From positions 608,001 through 672,000 of the forward strand of contig CAVSHR010000005.1 of NCBI GenBank assembly GCA_963727625.1: 64,000 nucleotides of DNA. Direction: 5' to 3'. Below, in pieces: positions 20,652-29,902 of the stretch; the stretch's first letter is position 1; every line of letters begins with the position of its first letter. The translations under genes were made by a program, and so were the position numbers. The notes under the pieces were generated by a model. The model saw nothing but the letters and a program-made list of their open reading frames with translations. It made no database searches and was not told the DNA's origin. This stretch comes from an uncultured delta proteobacterium (GTDB lineage Bacteria > Desulfobacterota > Binatia > UBA9968).

Positions 20652-21038
20652 CTATTTGGTTTCCTTTTCCATCTCCTGGTAGGTTTTCTTTGCGACGGCG
20701 AATGCCGAGTTGGCCGCGGGCGCACCCGCGTAGACGGCGACTTGGAGCAGCACTTCCTTTACTTCCTCTTTGCTCACGCCGGTGTTTTTCGACGCCCGAA
20801 TGTGCAGCGCCAACTCTTCCTGCCGTCCCAGTGCGGCAAGCATCGCGATCGTCAGCATGCTGCGGATATTTTTCTCCAGCCCCGGCCGCGTCCAAACCGC
20901 GCCCCAGGCGTTCTCGGTTGCGTAGCGCTGCCAGTCGGCGTCGAACTCGGTCTTGTTTGCCTCCGCGCGCGCCACATATTCCGCGCCGAGCACTGACTTG
21001 CGCACCGCCATGCCCCTGTCGAATAGGTCGTCAGACAA
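20652..21038 (-). CDS. pcaC: 4-carboxymuconolactone decarboxylase
   Basis: GMAVRKSVLG, AWGAVWTRPGL, RSMLTIAML, LLQVAVYAG.PAAN.AF. Confidence 0.92.
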   Translation of the reverse strand: MSDDLFDRGMAVRKSVLGAEYVARAEANKTEFDADWQRYATENAWGAVWTRPGLEKNIRSMLTIAMLAALGRQEELALHIRASKNTGVSKEEVKEVLLQVAVYAGAPAANSAFAVAKKTYQEMEKETK

Positions 21039-21825
21039 GTTTCACCTCCCGAAAAAATTCCAATATGCGCTCAGTCACCGCCTCGGGCTGCTCGATGCAC
21101 GGCAGGTGCGCGGCGTTTTGGATCAACGAGAACTGGGCGCCGCGAATCAAGCCCGCCAGCTCACGACCGAGCTCCGGCGGAGTAGCGATATCGATGGCGC
21201 CCGACAGCACCAGGGTCCGACATTTGATTTTTGCATTCATGCCGCGAAAATCCGCGTCGCGCAACGCCGCGCAGGTGCCGACATAACCCTCCACGGTCGT
21301 TTGACGCAGCATATTCGCGTAGCCGCGCACGTCCGCAGGCCGCCGATCGCGAAATCCGGTGGAGAACCAACGCTCCATGGTAATTTTCTCCAGCGACGCA
21401 ATACCGCTCGCCTTGACCATGTCGATGCGCTGCTGCCAGGATTCCGCCGAACCGATCCGCGCCCCAGTGTCGCAAAGCACCAAACCGCGTACCCGCTTAG
21501 GATGACCCAGTGCCAGTGCTTGGGCGATCACGCCGCCCACCGATACACCGCAAATTACGGCCTGCTCAATCTTTAGCTCATCAAGCAACGTGACGACATC
21601 GCGTGCCAGATCACTGGCCGAATACGGCGGCTTTGCCGCCTCCGTCAATCCATGTCCGCGCAAATCATAACGAACGACGCGAAATCTCCCCGCCAGACGC
21701 TTGGCCACCTCGTCCCAGATGCGCAGGTCACTACCAAGGGAATTGGCGAACAGAATCGCCGCTTTCCCTCTCGCTCCTTCATCGACGCAGCGATGGACAA
21801 TGTCGTTGATTTGGACAAATGGCAT
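21031..21825 (-). CDS. pcaD: 3-oxoadipate enol-lactonase
   Basis: NSLGSDLRIWD, YDLRGHG, GVSVGG nucleophile, ERWF, AAHLPCIEQP. Confidence 0.92.
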   Translation of the reverse strand: MPFVQINDIVHRCVDEGARGKAAILFANSLGSDLRIWDEVAKRLAGRFRVVRYDLRGHGLTEAAKPPYSASDLARDVVTLLDELKIEQAVICGVSVGGVIAQALALGHPKRVRGLVLCDTGARIGSAESWQQRIDMVKASGIASLEKITMERWFSTGFRDRRPADVRGYANMLRQTTVEGYVGTCAALRDADFRGMNAKIKCRTLVLSGAIDIATPPELGRELAGLIRGAQFSLIQNAAHLPCIEQPEAVTERILEFFREVKLV

Positions 21826-21976
21826 GGCCGTAATTTGAAACTATCCGAGCCTCTCACTGAAAGTCAACTTTGAGGGGACAAGCGAGAATCCCTTTGACTT
21901 CGTCCTGCGAACAACCTTAGTATCGATCCGAAACGTTGAGCGTTAGCACCTTGGATCTTTGAATTGTCTGCGCGCT

Positions 21977-22010
21977 TGGAACGACTGGAACCTTTGGAAC
22001 TTCTGGAACC
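21977..22010. repeat. Intergenic 9-bp-period TGGAAC tandem repeat
   Basis: TGGAAC at 21977, 21986, 21995 and 22004. Confidence 0.8.
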
Positions 22011-22044
22011 ATAGAATCTTGAATCATTGAAACAGGAGGAAATC

Positions 22045-22662
22045 ATGCCAGAGCCCCTAGTTTTTGAAATCTTTTCCGATTTCGTTTGACCCTGGTGCTA
22101 CCTCGTCACCGGGCGTGTCGAGAAACTGAAAAAAAATTACGGTCTGGAAATCAAGTTTACCCAGTTCCCCCTCCATCCGGAAACCCCGGAGGAAGGCAGC
22201 TTGCGCGGTCCGGAGATCATCGCGCGCAACCAGCGCATGAAGGTCAACATGGAAAGCGAGGGTTTGCCCTTCAACGCCGAGCGCAATATGTCCTACAACA
22301 GCCGTCTCGCCCAGGAGTTTTCGAAATGGGCCGAAGAAAAAGGCAAAGGCGATGAAGTGCACGACGCGCTGTTTCGCGCCTACTTCGTCGATGTCAAGAA
22401 CATCGGCAAGGTCGAGCCGCTGACGGAGGTCGCTCAAGGCATCGGCTTGCCTGCGGACGAAGCCACCGACGTCCTGCTCAGCCGCAAGTACAAAGACGCG
22501 GTCGACGACGACTGGCACCGCTGCGCCGCCTACGGCGTCAATGCAGTGCCGACGTTTCTCGCCGGGCGGTATCTGATGGTCGGCGCGCAGCCCTACGAAG
22601 AACTGGAACGACTGATTCAACATGTATCGAAGGAACCGGCAGAGCAAAAAGCAGCCGACTAG
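22045..22662 (+). CDS. DsbA/FrnE-like oxidoreductase, probable selenoprotein (UPWC)
   Basis: AGGAGG RBS; ATG 22045; MPEPLVFEIFSDFV-TGA-PWCY continues in frame into ORF 22201..22662 (GVNAVPTF, VGAQPYE); TGA at 22087-22089 occupies the first Cys of CPWC. Confidence 0.85.
22102..22122 (+). promoter_or_regulatory. Candidate bacterial SECIS hairpin
   Basis: CTCG-T-CAC [CGGGC] GTG-T-CGAG stem-loop; starts 13 nt after the UGA, apical loop ~21 nt from the UGA, G at loop position 2. Confidence 0.6.
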
Positions 22663-22826
22663 TTTAATCGCATCAAGCAGCTCAAGACGTTGTAATTCGA
22701 GTCGAAAGCGGAACGGGGCGCCACCGACGTTTTCGAATGGATTTAACAGCTTGAACGAAGCGCAGCGGTTGAACGTTTGAACCTACTCGAGCCGTAACCA
22801 GAACTCCAATCCAAGGAGGTCAAAAT

Positions 22827-23906
22827 ATGTTTTTAGGACTTTCGCACGGCGGAACCACCATTTATTCAACTCCATCGCGTCCCGACGAAGTGTGGGTCGG
22901 CACCAAGGAAGGAATCGTCGTCATCGAGCGCGCCGCTGGAGGCGGCGGCTGGCGGATCGCGCGCCGGCTGCTTAAGGACAAGCACATCAGCGCTATCTTG
23001 ACAGAGCCTGAGGGTGATTTGACGTTTGTCGGAGCCTTTCATGGTTCTGTGCAGGTAACCCCCGATGGCGGCAAATCCTGGGGAACGAGAGACAGCGGTC
23101 TAACCGAGCACGATGTCTATAGCCTGGCGGCAGTGCGGCTCAACGGTGGAACCCGTCTTTATCTGGGAACAGAGCCTGCTCACATCTTCTGCAGCGACGA
23201 TCTCGGACTGCACTGGCGCGAGCTACCCGGCATGAGGTCGGTACCAAGCGTGCCCAAGTGGAAATTCCCGGTGCCGCCGCACATCGCGCACACCAAACAC
23301 ATCACCTTTGCCCCCGGAGATCCCGACACGGTTTACGCCTGCATCGAAGTTGGCGCTTTGCTCAGAAGCCGGGACGCTGGCGCGACTTGGGAACAAATCG
23401 AAGGGGTATACGAAGACGTTCATCGTCTGGCGATCCATCCGCAAGATCCCAACCGTCTCTACGTGGTTACCGGCCACGGCCTTTACGTGAGCTCTGATGG
23501 CGGCGCCAGTTTCGAGGAATGGGTCGCGAGGCCCTCGCCCATCGCCGGCTACCCGGACGGGATCGTGATCCATCCGCGAAAACCGGAATTGATGTTTCTC
23601 GGCTCGGCCGACACCGGCCCCGGCACATGGATGAAAACCCACTACGCCGGCGCAAAGATTTCCCGCAGCAAAGACGGCGGCCGCAACTGGGAGATGCTGC
23701 AAAATGGCTTGCCCGAGCGTATGCAAGCCAGTATCGAAGCCTTTTGTCTGGACGATTGGGGCGAATCTGCATCGCTCTTTGCGGCCACAACCGCCGGAGA
23801 GGTCTATTGCAGCGACGATACCGGCGAGCACTGGAGCCGCATCATCACCGGCTTGGCGCCAATTTCGAAGGGGGGGCATTATGAAGCGCTTGCCGTCGCA
23901 GTCTAA
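22827..23906 (+). CDS. BNR/Asp-box beta-propeller protein (Ycf48/sialidase-like)
   Basis: Repeated S.DgG..W Asp-boxes (TPDGGKSW, SDDLGLHW, SRDAGATW, SSDGGASF, SKDGGRNW, SDDTGEHW); AGGAGG RBS. Confidence 0.85.
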   Translation: MFLGLSHGGTTIYSTPSRPDEVWVGTKEGIVVIERAAGGGGWRIARRLLKDKHISAILTEPEGDLTFVGAFHGSVQVTPDGGKSWGTRDSGLTEHDVYSLAAVRLNGGTRLYLGTEPAHIFCSDDLGLHWRELPGMRSVPSVPKWKFPVPPHIAHTKHITFAPGDPDTVYACIEVGALLRSRDAGATWEQIEGVYEDVHRLAIHPQDPNRLYVVTGHGLYVSSDGGASFEEWVARPSPIAGYPDGIVIHPRKPELMFLGSADTGPGTWMKTHYAGAKISRSKDGGRNWEMLQNGLPERMQASIEAFCLDDWGESASLFAATTAGEVYCSDDTGEHWSRIITGLAPISKGGHYEALAVAV

Positions 23907-24033
23907 GGAGCCGGGGCTTGGGTTAACTTCCAATGTTACACGCTCCCCAAGACGATCCCAAAAATTTCTTTATTATGTTTTTCGAGTTTGTCTCGAGACA
24001 CGCGAGTCGAGAGTGTCCAGAGGAGGCGTTGCG

Positions 24034-25020
24034 ATGAAACTCCGACAAATCGTTATCTGCTCTCTTATTTCAACATTGTTCTGCCTTGCAGTTACACCTG
24101 CGGTTTTTGCAGCTGGCGCCGGTAATCTGACGCGCGTCCGCATGGGCCTGGCGGCACGCAGCACGACGTCGATGCCTTACTTCGTCGCCAAGGAGCGCGG
24201 CTTTTTTCACGAGGAAGGCCTGGAGGTGGAGCTGATCGTGATGCAGGCGATCCAAACGATCCAGGCGACGTTGGCAAACAGCACTCAATTTGCCTCCGCC
24301 ACCGGATCGGCGGTGAGCTCGGCCGTCAGGGGCGCGGATATGCGGGTGATCTTTGCCGTCACGGACCGGCCGTCCTTCGATCTGATCGCGCAGCCCAATA
24401 TCACCAGCATCCAACAATTACGCGGCAAAAAAATCGGCACCGGCGGCGTCGGCTCCCTGGCGGAGATTCTCGCGCGACGGATTTTAATCGCCAACAAGGT
24501 CCCACTTGAAGAAGTCTCGATTCTCGCAACCGGCCCCAGTCACGTGACCTATTTGTCGTTAAAGGCCAAGGTGATCGACGCCGCGCCCTTGCAAATGCCG
24601 TTGACCTTCACCGCGCAGGACGAAGGTTTTCGCAAGCTAGCCTCGGCGCGCGATGTGTATCGATCGGTTCAGGGTGGCCTGGCGACGACCACGAAGATGC
24701 TGACCGAGCAGCCGGAGTTGGTCACCAAGGTCGTGCGCGCCATGCTGCGCGCGACCCGCTTGATCAAGTCCGACAGAAAATACGCCATCGACTTTCTGAA
24801 GGGGCCCTGGGTCGATCTCGGCAAGGATCCCGAAAAACTCGCCGCGCGCGTCTACGACGTGGCCGGCCCGGATTTTTTAGAAAACGGCATGGTCAGCGAA
24901 GCGGTTCAAAAGCAAATGATCGCCGACGCGTCGGTACGAGTAAAGCCCGCGCATCCTGTGCTCCCCGAGCAGGTCTTCGACTTCAGCGTCGTTCGTAAGG
25001 TCAGCGAGTCGCTGCGCTAG
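24034..25020 (+). CDS. NMT1/THI5-type substrate-binding protein
   Basis: AGGAGG RBS before ATG 24034; signal peptide; AKERGFFHEEGLEVELI, LRGKKIG, VFDFS. Confidence 0.88.
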   Translation: MKLRQIVICSLISTLFCLAVTPAVFAAGAGNLTRVRMGLAARSTTSMPYFVAKERGFFHEEGLEVELIVMQAIQTIQATLANSTQFASATGSAVSSAVRGADMRVIFAVTDRPSFDLIAQPNITSIQQLRGKKIGTGGVGSLAEILARRILIANKVPLEEVSILATGPSHVTYLSLKAKVIDAAPLQMPLTFTAQDEGFRKLASARDVYRSVQGGLATTTKMLTEQPELVTKVVRAMLRATRLIKSDRKYAIDFLKGPWVDLGKDPEKLAARVYDVAGPDFLENGMVSEAVQKQMIADASVRVKPAHPVLPEQVFDFSVVRKVSESLR

Positions 25021-25029
25021 CGGCCACAG

Positions 25030-25341
25030 CTAGCGATCGAGCAGCGCCACGGCGGCTCGCCCAACGCCGCGATTGCCACACCGGACCGCTGGGCGGTGTA
25101 GGCCAGCAGGTAAAAGTTGACCGAAAGCAAAAGTCCCTTGGATGACCGCGAGGCCTATCCACGGCTGTGCAATCAGGGCGGACCGAGTGAGGGAGCCCCT
25201 GGTCAAAATACTGCCGAGCGCTACGCAAGTTAGATAATTCACGGGGATGGCCCAAAACAAGTTCACGCGCCAGGCTTCAAAACCGCGGAAAATAACCGGG
25301 ATGACGCCGGAGGCGAAGATCGCGAGAAGCGAGTAGATCAT
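25030..25341 (-). pseudogene. Truncated, frameshifted DMT/EamA-like membrane protein
   Basis: Hydrophobic N-terminus (AIPVNYLTC); shifted frame continues VNFYLLAYTAQRSGVAIAAL, then ends against the convergent gene. Confidence 0.6.
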
Positions 25342-25365
25342 TGGATGGCAAGATCCGGTCTGAGA

Positions 25366-25443
25366 AGGATTTCTCGCGGTGCTCGAAATGACAGCCGCGG
25401 CGGGATTGTCATTTCGAAGAAGCGAAGCGACTGAGAAGTCTTC
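25366..25443. repeat. REP-like palindromic intergenic element
   Basis: TCGAAATGACA (25383) / TGTCATTTCGA (25407) inverted repeat followed by AGCGAAGCGA; related single unit TGCCATCCTGAGCAAAGCGAAGGATCT at 28631-28657. Confidence 0.6.
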
Positions 25444-25506
25444 CGTCTCGATGGGTTCAGGACAGCGACTTCTGTGATTCGACCCGCGATGTTCGCCACA
25501 CTCGTT

Positions 25507-26859
25507 TCAGAAGGACAACTGATTCAGCCGCTCCAAGAGATCGTGGTGCCCGGTCTTCGCCTCCGCAAGTACCCTCTTCTCATCGAGCCGCGCAAGCTCG
25601 CGATCCCGCATCAGGATTTCCCCGTTGACCGTCACGGTGCGGACGTCGCTCGCCTTGGCGCAGTGAACGATTTGGCTAAAAATATCATTGATCGGCTGAT
25701 TGTGAATGGTGTCGAGGTCAACGAGGATCAAGTCCGCGCGCTTGCCGACTTCAATCGTTCCGCAGAGTGCATCAAGCCCGAGCGCCTTGGCGCCGCCCAC
25801 CGTCGCCATGCGCAGGACGGCGTAGGGATCGATGACGCCGGCATCTTGATGATGCACCTTTTGCAGGAGCGACGCCGCTTTCATCGTATCGAACAAATCC
25901 TGCGAGTGATTACTCGCGGCGCCGTCGGTGCCGAGCGCGACGTTCACCCCGTCGCGCAGCATTTCCACCACCGGCGCGACGCCGTCGCCAAGCATCATGT
26001 TGCTGACCGGATTATGCGATACCGAAGCGCCGGTTTCGCTCAATATCTTGATTTCATCCGCCGAGACATGAACTGAATGGGCGAATATGGAGTTGGCCGA
26101 GGGAACGCCGAACTGCTGGAGGAACTCGACGACGCCGTTTTTGCCATGTTCCCGGCGCACGCATTCGACGACCGATTTCGATTCTGCGACATGAGCGCTG
26201 ATACCGAGCGCGCGGTCGTCGGCGAACCTGCGGATCTCGCGCAGCAACCCGGGAGTCGTATTGATGGGCGGCGTATTGGGCCCGGTCATAAACGAGAGCA
26301 GGTCATCGCCTCGATGTTTTGCAAGAATCGTATCGATGCGCTGAAACGCTTGCTCCGGCTTTTCTTTGGTACAGTCGGGCACGATCTCGCCGGTATCCAT
26401 GATCGTGCGCGCGAAAACGGCGCGCAGGCCGGAGGCCTGAATGGCCCGGAGGGTCTCGAATCCGCACTCAGGGCTCGGGTTGAGAAAATTATGCTCGCAG
26501 ACGGTGGTCACGCCGCTGCGAATTGCCTCGACGCAGCCGAGCAGGCTGCCGGCGTAAAAATGCTCCGGCCGCAGCACATGGGCGCAGCCGTAGATGCGCT
26601 TGAGCCAGGGCATGAGGTCCAAGTCTTCCCACACCGCGCGCAGCAGCACTTGATAAAGGTGGGTGTGCGCATTGATCAAACCGGGCATGAGCGCGCAGCC
26701 GGTGCCGTCAATACTTTGCTCTGCCTCCGTGCTCGGCCCCGGCGTCCCTGCGTTCACTTCGCTGATCACTCCGTCGCGTACGCGCAGGTATCCGACAAAC
26801 GACCGACGCTCTTCGATCATCGGCAAAATCAGCGCGTCAGTGATAACAAGATCTGCCAT
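25507..26859 (-). CDS. Amidohydrolase, MTA/SAH-deaminase (TRZ/ATZ)-like
   Basis: PGLINAHTH, HVAES, AHSVH, HNP.SN, LGTDG.ASN, GKRADL. Confidence 0.9.
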   Translation of the reverse strand: MADLVITDALILPMIEERRSFVGYLRVRDGVISEVNAGTPGPSTEAEQSIDGTGCALMPGLINAHTHLYQVLLRAVWEDLDLMPWLKRIYGCAHVLRPEHFYAGSLLGCVEAIRSGVTTVCEHNFLNPSPECGFETLRAIQASGLRAVFARTIMDTGEIVPDCTKEKPEQAFQRIDTILAKHRGDDLLSFMTGPNTPPINTTPGLLREIRRFADDRALGISAHVAESKSVVECVRREHGKNGVVEFLQQFGVPSANSIFAHSVHVSADEIKILSETGASVSHNPVSNMMLGDGVAPVVEMLRDGVNVALGTDGAASNHSQDLFDTMKAASLLQKVHHQDAGVIDPYAVLRMATVGGAKALGLDALCGTIEVGKRADLILVDLDTIHNQPINDIFSQIVHCAKASDVRTVTVNGEILMRDRELARLDEKRVLAEAKTGHHDLLERLNQLSF

Positions 26860-26878
26860 TGCGGTGTTTTGTACCCGT

Positions 26879-27859
26879 TTATTTGCCGTGCAGCTTGTCC
26901 ATGAAGCCGCTCTTGCGAATTTCTTCCATCAGGGTCGTGTCTATGAAATCCTCGGCTTTGGCGCCGCGCGCTTTGGGCACCGGCAGCGAGTCGATGACGT
27001 TTTGAATGCCACGGGTTTCAGGCGATGGAAAATCCCGGAACGACTTTGACAGCCGTTCGTAAAGCGGTCCGACGGCGGCTTCGCCGTTGCTCTCGCGTAA
27101 CACCGCTCTGGCCACTTCGGGCTTTGATTTAAATATGTAAATGCCTTCGATGATCGCCCGCAAAAACCGCTTGATAGAGTCCCGCTGATTCTTTAGCAAA
27201 GCGCCCGACACGACCACGCCGTAGTTGGCGTACTCGAGCGGCAGCTCGGCCAGGTCGGCCAGCACGCGGCAACAACCGGTGGCGACGATTTTGGCCACTC
27301 CCGTCGAGCTCACCAGGGCGGCGTCCATGTGGCCGGCGACCAGCGCGGCAACGCGCGTCGGGGTATTGCCGGACTGAAAGAAGCTCACGTCCTTTTCCGG
27401 GTCGAGCTTCCAGTAACGCAAAGCAACGCGCGTCATGATATCCGAGCCCGAGCCGAAGCGGCTGATCGCGACCTTTTTACCCCTGAGATCCGCGGGCGTC
27501 TTGATGTCGCTGCGCACGACGAAGAACGGCTCAAGATGATTGATCGGCACGGCGATCACCTTGAGGCTTTGGCCGGCCAAGGCCAAATTCAGCATCGCCG
27601 GAGTATCAAAGCCGGCGATGCCGATGTCGCCCGACGAAAGGGTCTGAGCCATCAGCGAGCCGCTCGAAAGATAAATCGTCCGGACATCGATGCCGTGCTT
27701 GCGCCACAGCCTGTTGCGGTCGATCACTTTGAGCAGATCGGAGCCAATCCCGGCGCCGCTGAAACCCATATTGAGCGTGGGTGAATTTTGACCGTGCGCA
27801 AACGTTGCGCCGAGCACAAGACAAACCGTCAGCGACATGATATTAAGCCACTTCCTCAT
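26879..27859 (-). CDS. NMT1/THI5-type substrate-binding protein
   Basis: Signal peptide; DLRGKKVAISRFGSGSD, R.AALVAG, FIDT. Confidence 0.88.
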   Translation of the reverse strand: MRKWLNIMSLTVCLVLGATFAHGQNSPTLNMGFSGAGIGSDLLKVIDRNRLWRKHGIDVRTIYLSSGSLMAQTLSSGDIGIAGFDTPAMLNLALAGQSLKVIAVPINHLEPFFVVRSDIKTPADLRGKKVAISRFGSGSDIMTRVALRYWKLDPEKDVSFFQSGNTPTRVAALVAGHMDAALVSSTGVAKIVATGCCRVLADLAELPLEYANYGVVVSGALLKNQRDSIKRFLRAIIEGIYIFKSKPEVARAVLRESNGEAAVGPLYERLSKSFRDFPSPETRGIQNVIDSLPVPKARGAKAEDFIDTTLMEEIRKSGFMDKLHGK

Positions 27860-28035
27860 GAGTCCTCCAAACTCCGTAAAATTCGCCAAACGCAAAGTAA
27901 TACACTCGAGCGCAAACCGTCAACGGCAGCGTCGAGTCGGTTCGATCGCTCAATTGCATCCGCAATGACGACAACCCTTGACCGCCGCCCCCAAACCGGA
28001 ATAAGCTCGCAAACAATTTTCCAGCGAGGTGACCT

Positions 28036-28443
28036 ATGGCCCAGGAAACAAAAGAATTCAGACACCAGACTCCCGAGTTCGAGGGCGTCAAAAAGACCTG
28101 GCAAGTTTGCAACAGCGACCTGATGAAGGTCCAGGTGCAGGTGGTGAAAAACGGCGGCGAAAACAACCTCCACACCCATACCGGCGAGGATGCCTTCTGG
28201 TACGTCATCAGGGGCACGGTTAAGTTCTACGGCGAAGGCGACAAACTGATCGGCGAATACAAAAAAGGCGAAGGCATTTTGGTCCCACGCGGCTACAAGT
28301 ACTGGTTTGAGAGCGCTTCGCCGGAACCGCTCGAAATTCTACGCGTCACCGCCAAGGATCAGAACATCGACAACAAGCGCGTCGACCTCTCGCCGCAAAA
28401 GCAATGGATGGTCGAGCAGAAAACCTTCGGGACCCGTCCCTGA
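28036..28443 (+). CDS. Cupin domain protein
   Basis: GGENNLHTHTGED.FWYV..G, G.GILVPRG..YWF; GAGG RBS. Confidence 0.85.
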   Translation: MAQETKEFRHQTPEFEGVKKTWQVCNSDLMKVQVQVVKNGGENNLHTHTGEDAFWYVIRGTVKFYGEGDKLIGEYKKGEGILVPRGYKYWFESASPEPLEILRVTAKDQNIDNKRVDLSPQKQWMVEQKTFGTRP

Positions 28444-28465
28444 TCATTCCGGTCGAATCCCGGAA

Positions 28466-28500
28466 CGGGGAACGGCGAAAGCCGTTCCCCGCGGCTCTTT
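28466..28500 (+). terminator. Hairpin, probable terminator after the cupin gene
   Basis: CGGGGAACGGC-GAAA-GCCGTTCCCCG, weak U tract. Confidence 0.55.
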
Positions 28501-28689
28501 CCTCAAGAGCCGCCAACAACTCAATGAAGGATTAGCCGGTCACAAATTAACATGGAAGCGACAACGCTGCCGGCTCGGAATGCCACCGCCGCTTGTTGTT
28601 GACAAAGTCATTGTCCTTGGACCAAGCCGGTGCCATCCTGAGCAAAGCGAAGGATCTACTTTTCAATCAATCACGATAGGGTTACCAAC

Positions 28690-29829
28690 TTGGATTTCGG
28701 TTTTACCTCAGAGCAAAAACGCCTGATCGATCGCGTCGCCGCGCTCGTCCGCGAGCGCATCGCGCCGCGCGCCGCCAAGTACGATCAAGCCTTCGAAGCT
28801 CCGGTCGAAGACATTCGAGAGCTCCATCGCGAAGGCTGGCTGCTCGCGAACCTCGATAAACGCCGCGGCGGGCTCGGCTTCGGGCTTTACGGCGATGATC
28901 CACTGGCGTTTTTTCTCATCGACGAGCACCTGGCCTACGGTAACCCTTCGACGGCGCACTGCTTCCAAGTCCACAACAACGCGCTTATGATGATCGACGC
29001 CATGGCCAGGGATAACCAGGTTGAAACTTGGATCGGACCGACCGTCAAGCGCGGCGCCTTGATCCCCGGCGCCGGCGCCGAACCCCATGGCGCCCAGCCG
29101 ACGACCGCGAAGCGCGTCAGAGGCGGCTATATTGTCAGCGGCACCAAGCATTACGCCACCAATGCTAGTTTAGCCGAGTGGCTCTGGGTCGGGCGAGTAC
29201 GTTCCGACTCCCATCCCAAACCGATCATGTTCATGGTCCATAGAGACACGCCCGGCCTCAAGATCGACAGCGAGATCTGGCGCCCCACCGGCATGCGCGC
29301 CTGCGTCAGCCCATGGATCTATTTCGAAGACTGCTTTATCCCGGAAGAAAACCTGCTCGGGAACCCTGGGCAATTTCTCGACGAAAACTGGATGGGCAAA
29401 ATCAATTTCGCCTTTACCGCGAATTATCTCGGTTCGGCGCGCGCCATGTATGACTGGGCGCTGGCTTATATACGAGAGCGCGGCGGCGGCAAGGATCCTT
29501 ACCGGCAACTGCGCTTCGGCGAACTCAAAAGCATGATCGACGCCTCGCGCTCGATTCTCTACAACGCCGTGCGCATGTTCAAGACCGACTCCGACGGCGC
29601 CATGATCGCCGCCCACGAGGCCAAGTGGATGGCAAAAGAAACTCTCGAGAAAGTCATGTGGAGCGCCGGGGAGGTCTGCGGCTCGACGTCACTCTTCCAA
29701 AAATATCCGCTGGAGCGTTTCTACCGCGACATGCATCTGCACATGATGCATGGCCGCCACGACATCGCCGCCCAGATTGTCGGTGCCGCCGAGCTAGGCG
29801 AGCCCTACGACGTCAATCGCGCCCATTAG
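28690..29829 (+). CDS. Acyl-CoA dehydrogenase family protein (possibly DszC/SfnB-like monooxygenase)
   Basis: MDFGFT.EQ, GY..SGTKHYAT, W.PTGMRA..S, PLERFYRD. Confidence 0.85.
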   Translation: MDFGFTSEQKRLIDRVAALVRERIAPRAAKYDQAFEAPVEDIRELHREGWLLANLDKRRGGLGFGLYGDDPLAFFLIDEHLAYGNPSTAHCFQVHNNALMMIDAMARDNQVETWIGPTVKRGALIPGAGAEPHGAQPTTAKRVRGGYIVSGTKHYATNASLAEWLWVGRVRSDSHPKPIMFMVHRDTPGLKIDSEIWRPTGMRACVSPWIYFEDCFIPEENLLGNPGQFLDENWMGKINFAFTANYLGSARAMYDWALAYIRERGGGKDPYRQLRFGELKSMIDASRSILYNAVRMFKTDSDGAMIAAHEAKWMAKETLEKVMWSAGEVCGSTSLFQKYPLERFYRDMHLHMMHGRHDIAAQIVGAAELGEPYDVNRAH

Positions 29830-29902
29830 CAGCAATAAACGAAAGGTGGCCACGTCATTCGTGATCGTGGAACGTGTTCGTCCAAATCACGGACACGCCG
29901 CA

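Noticed and set aside
23704-24033. 110-aa N-terminal extension of the binding protein
   Set aside because: Overlaps the BNR gene; RBS and signal peptide indicate a start at 24034. The same applies to the extensions of 46275..47576, 12534..13001 and 15201..16181.
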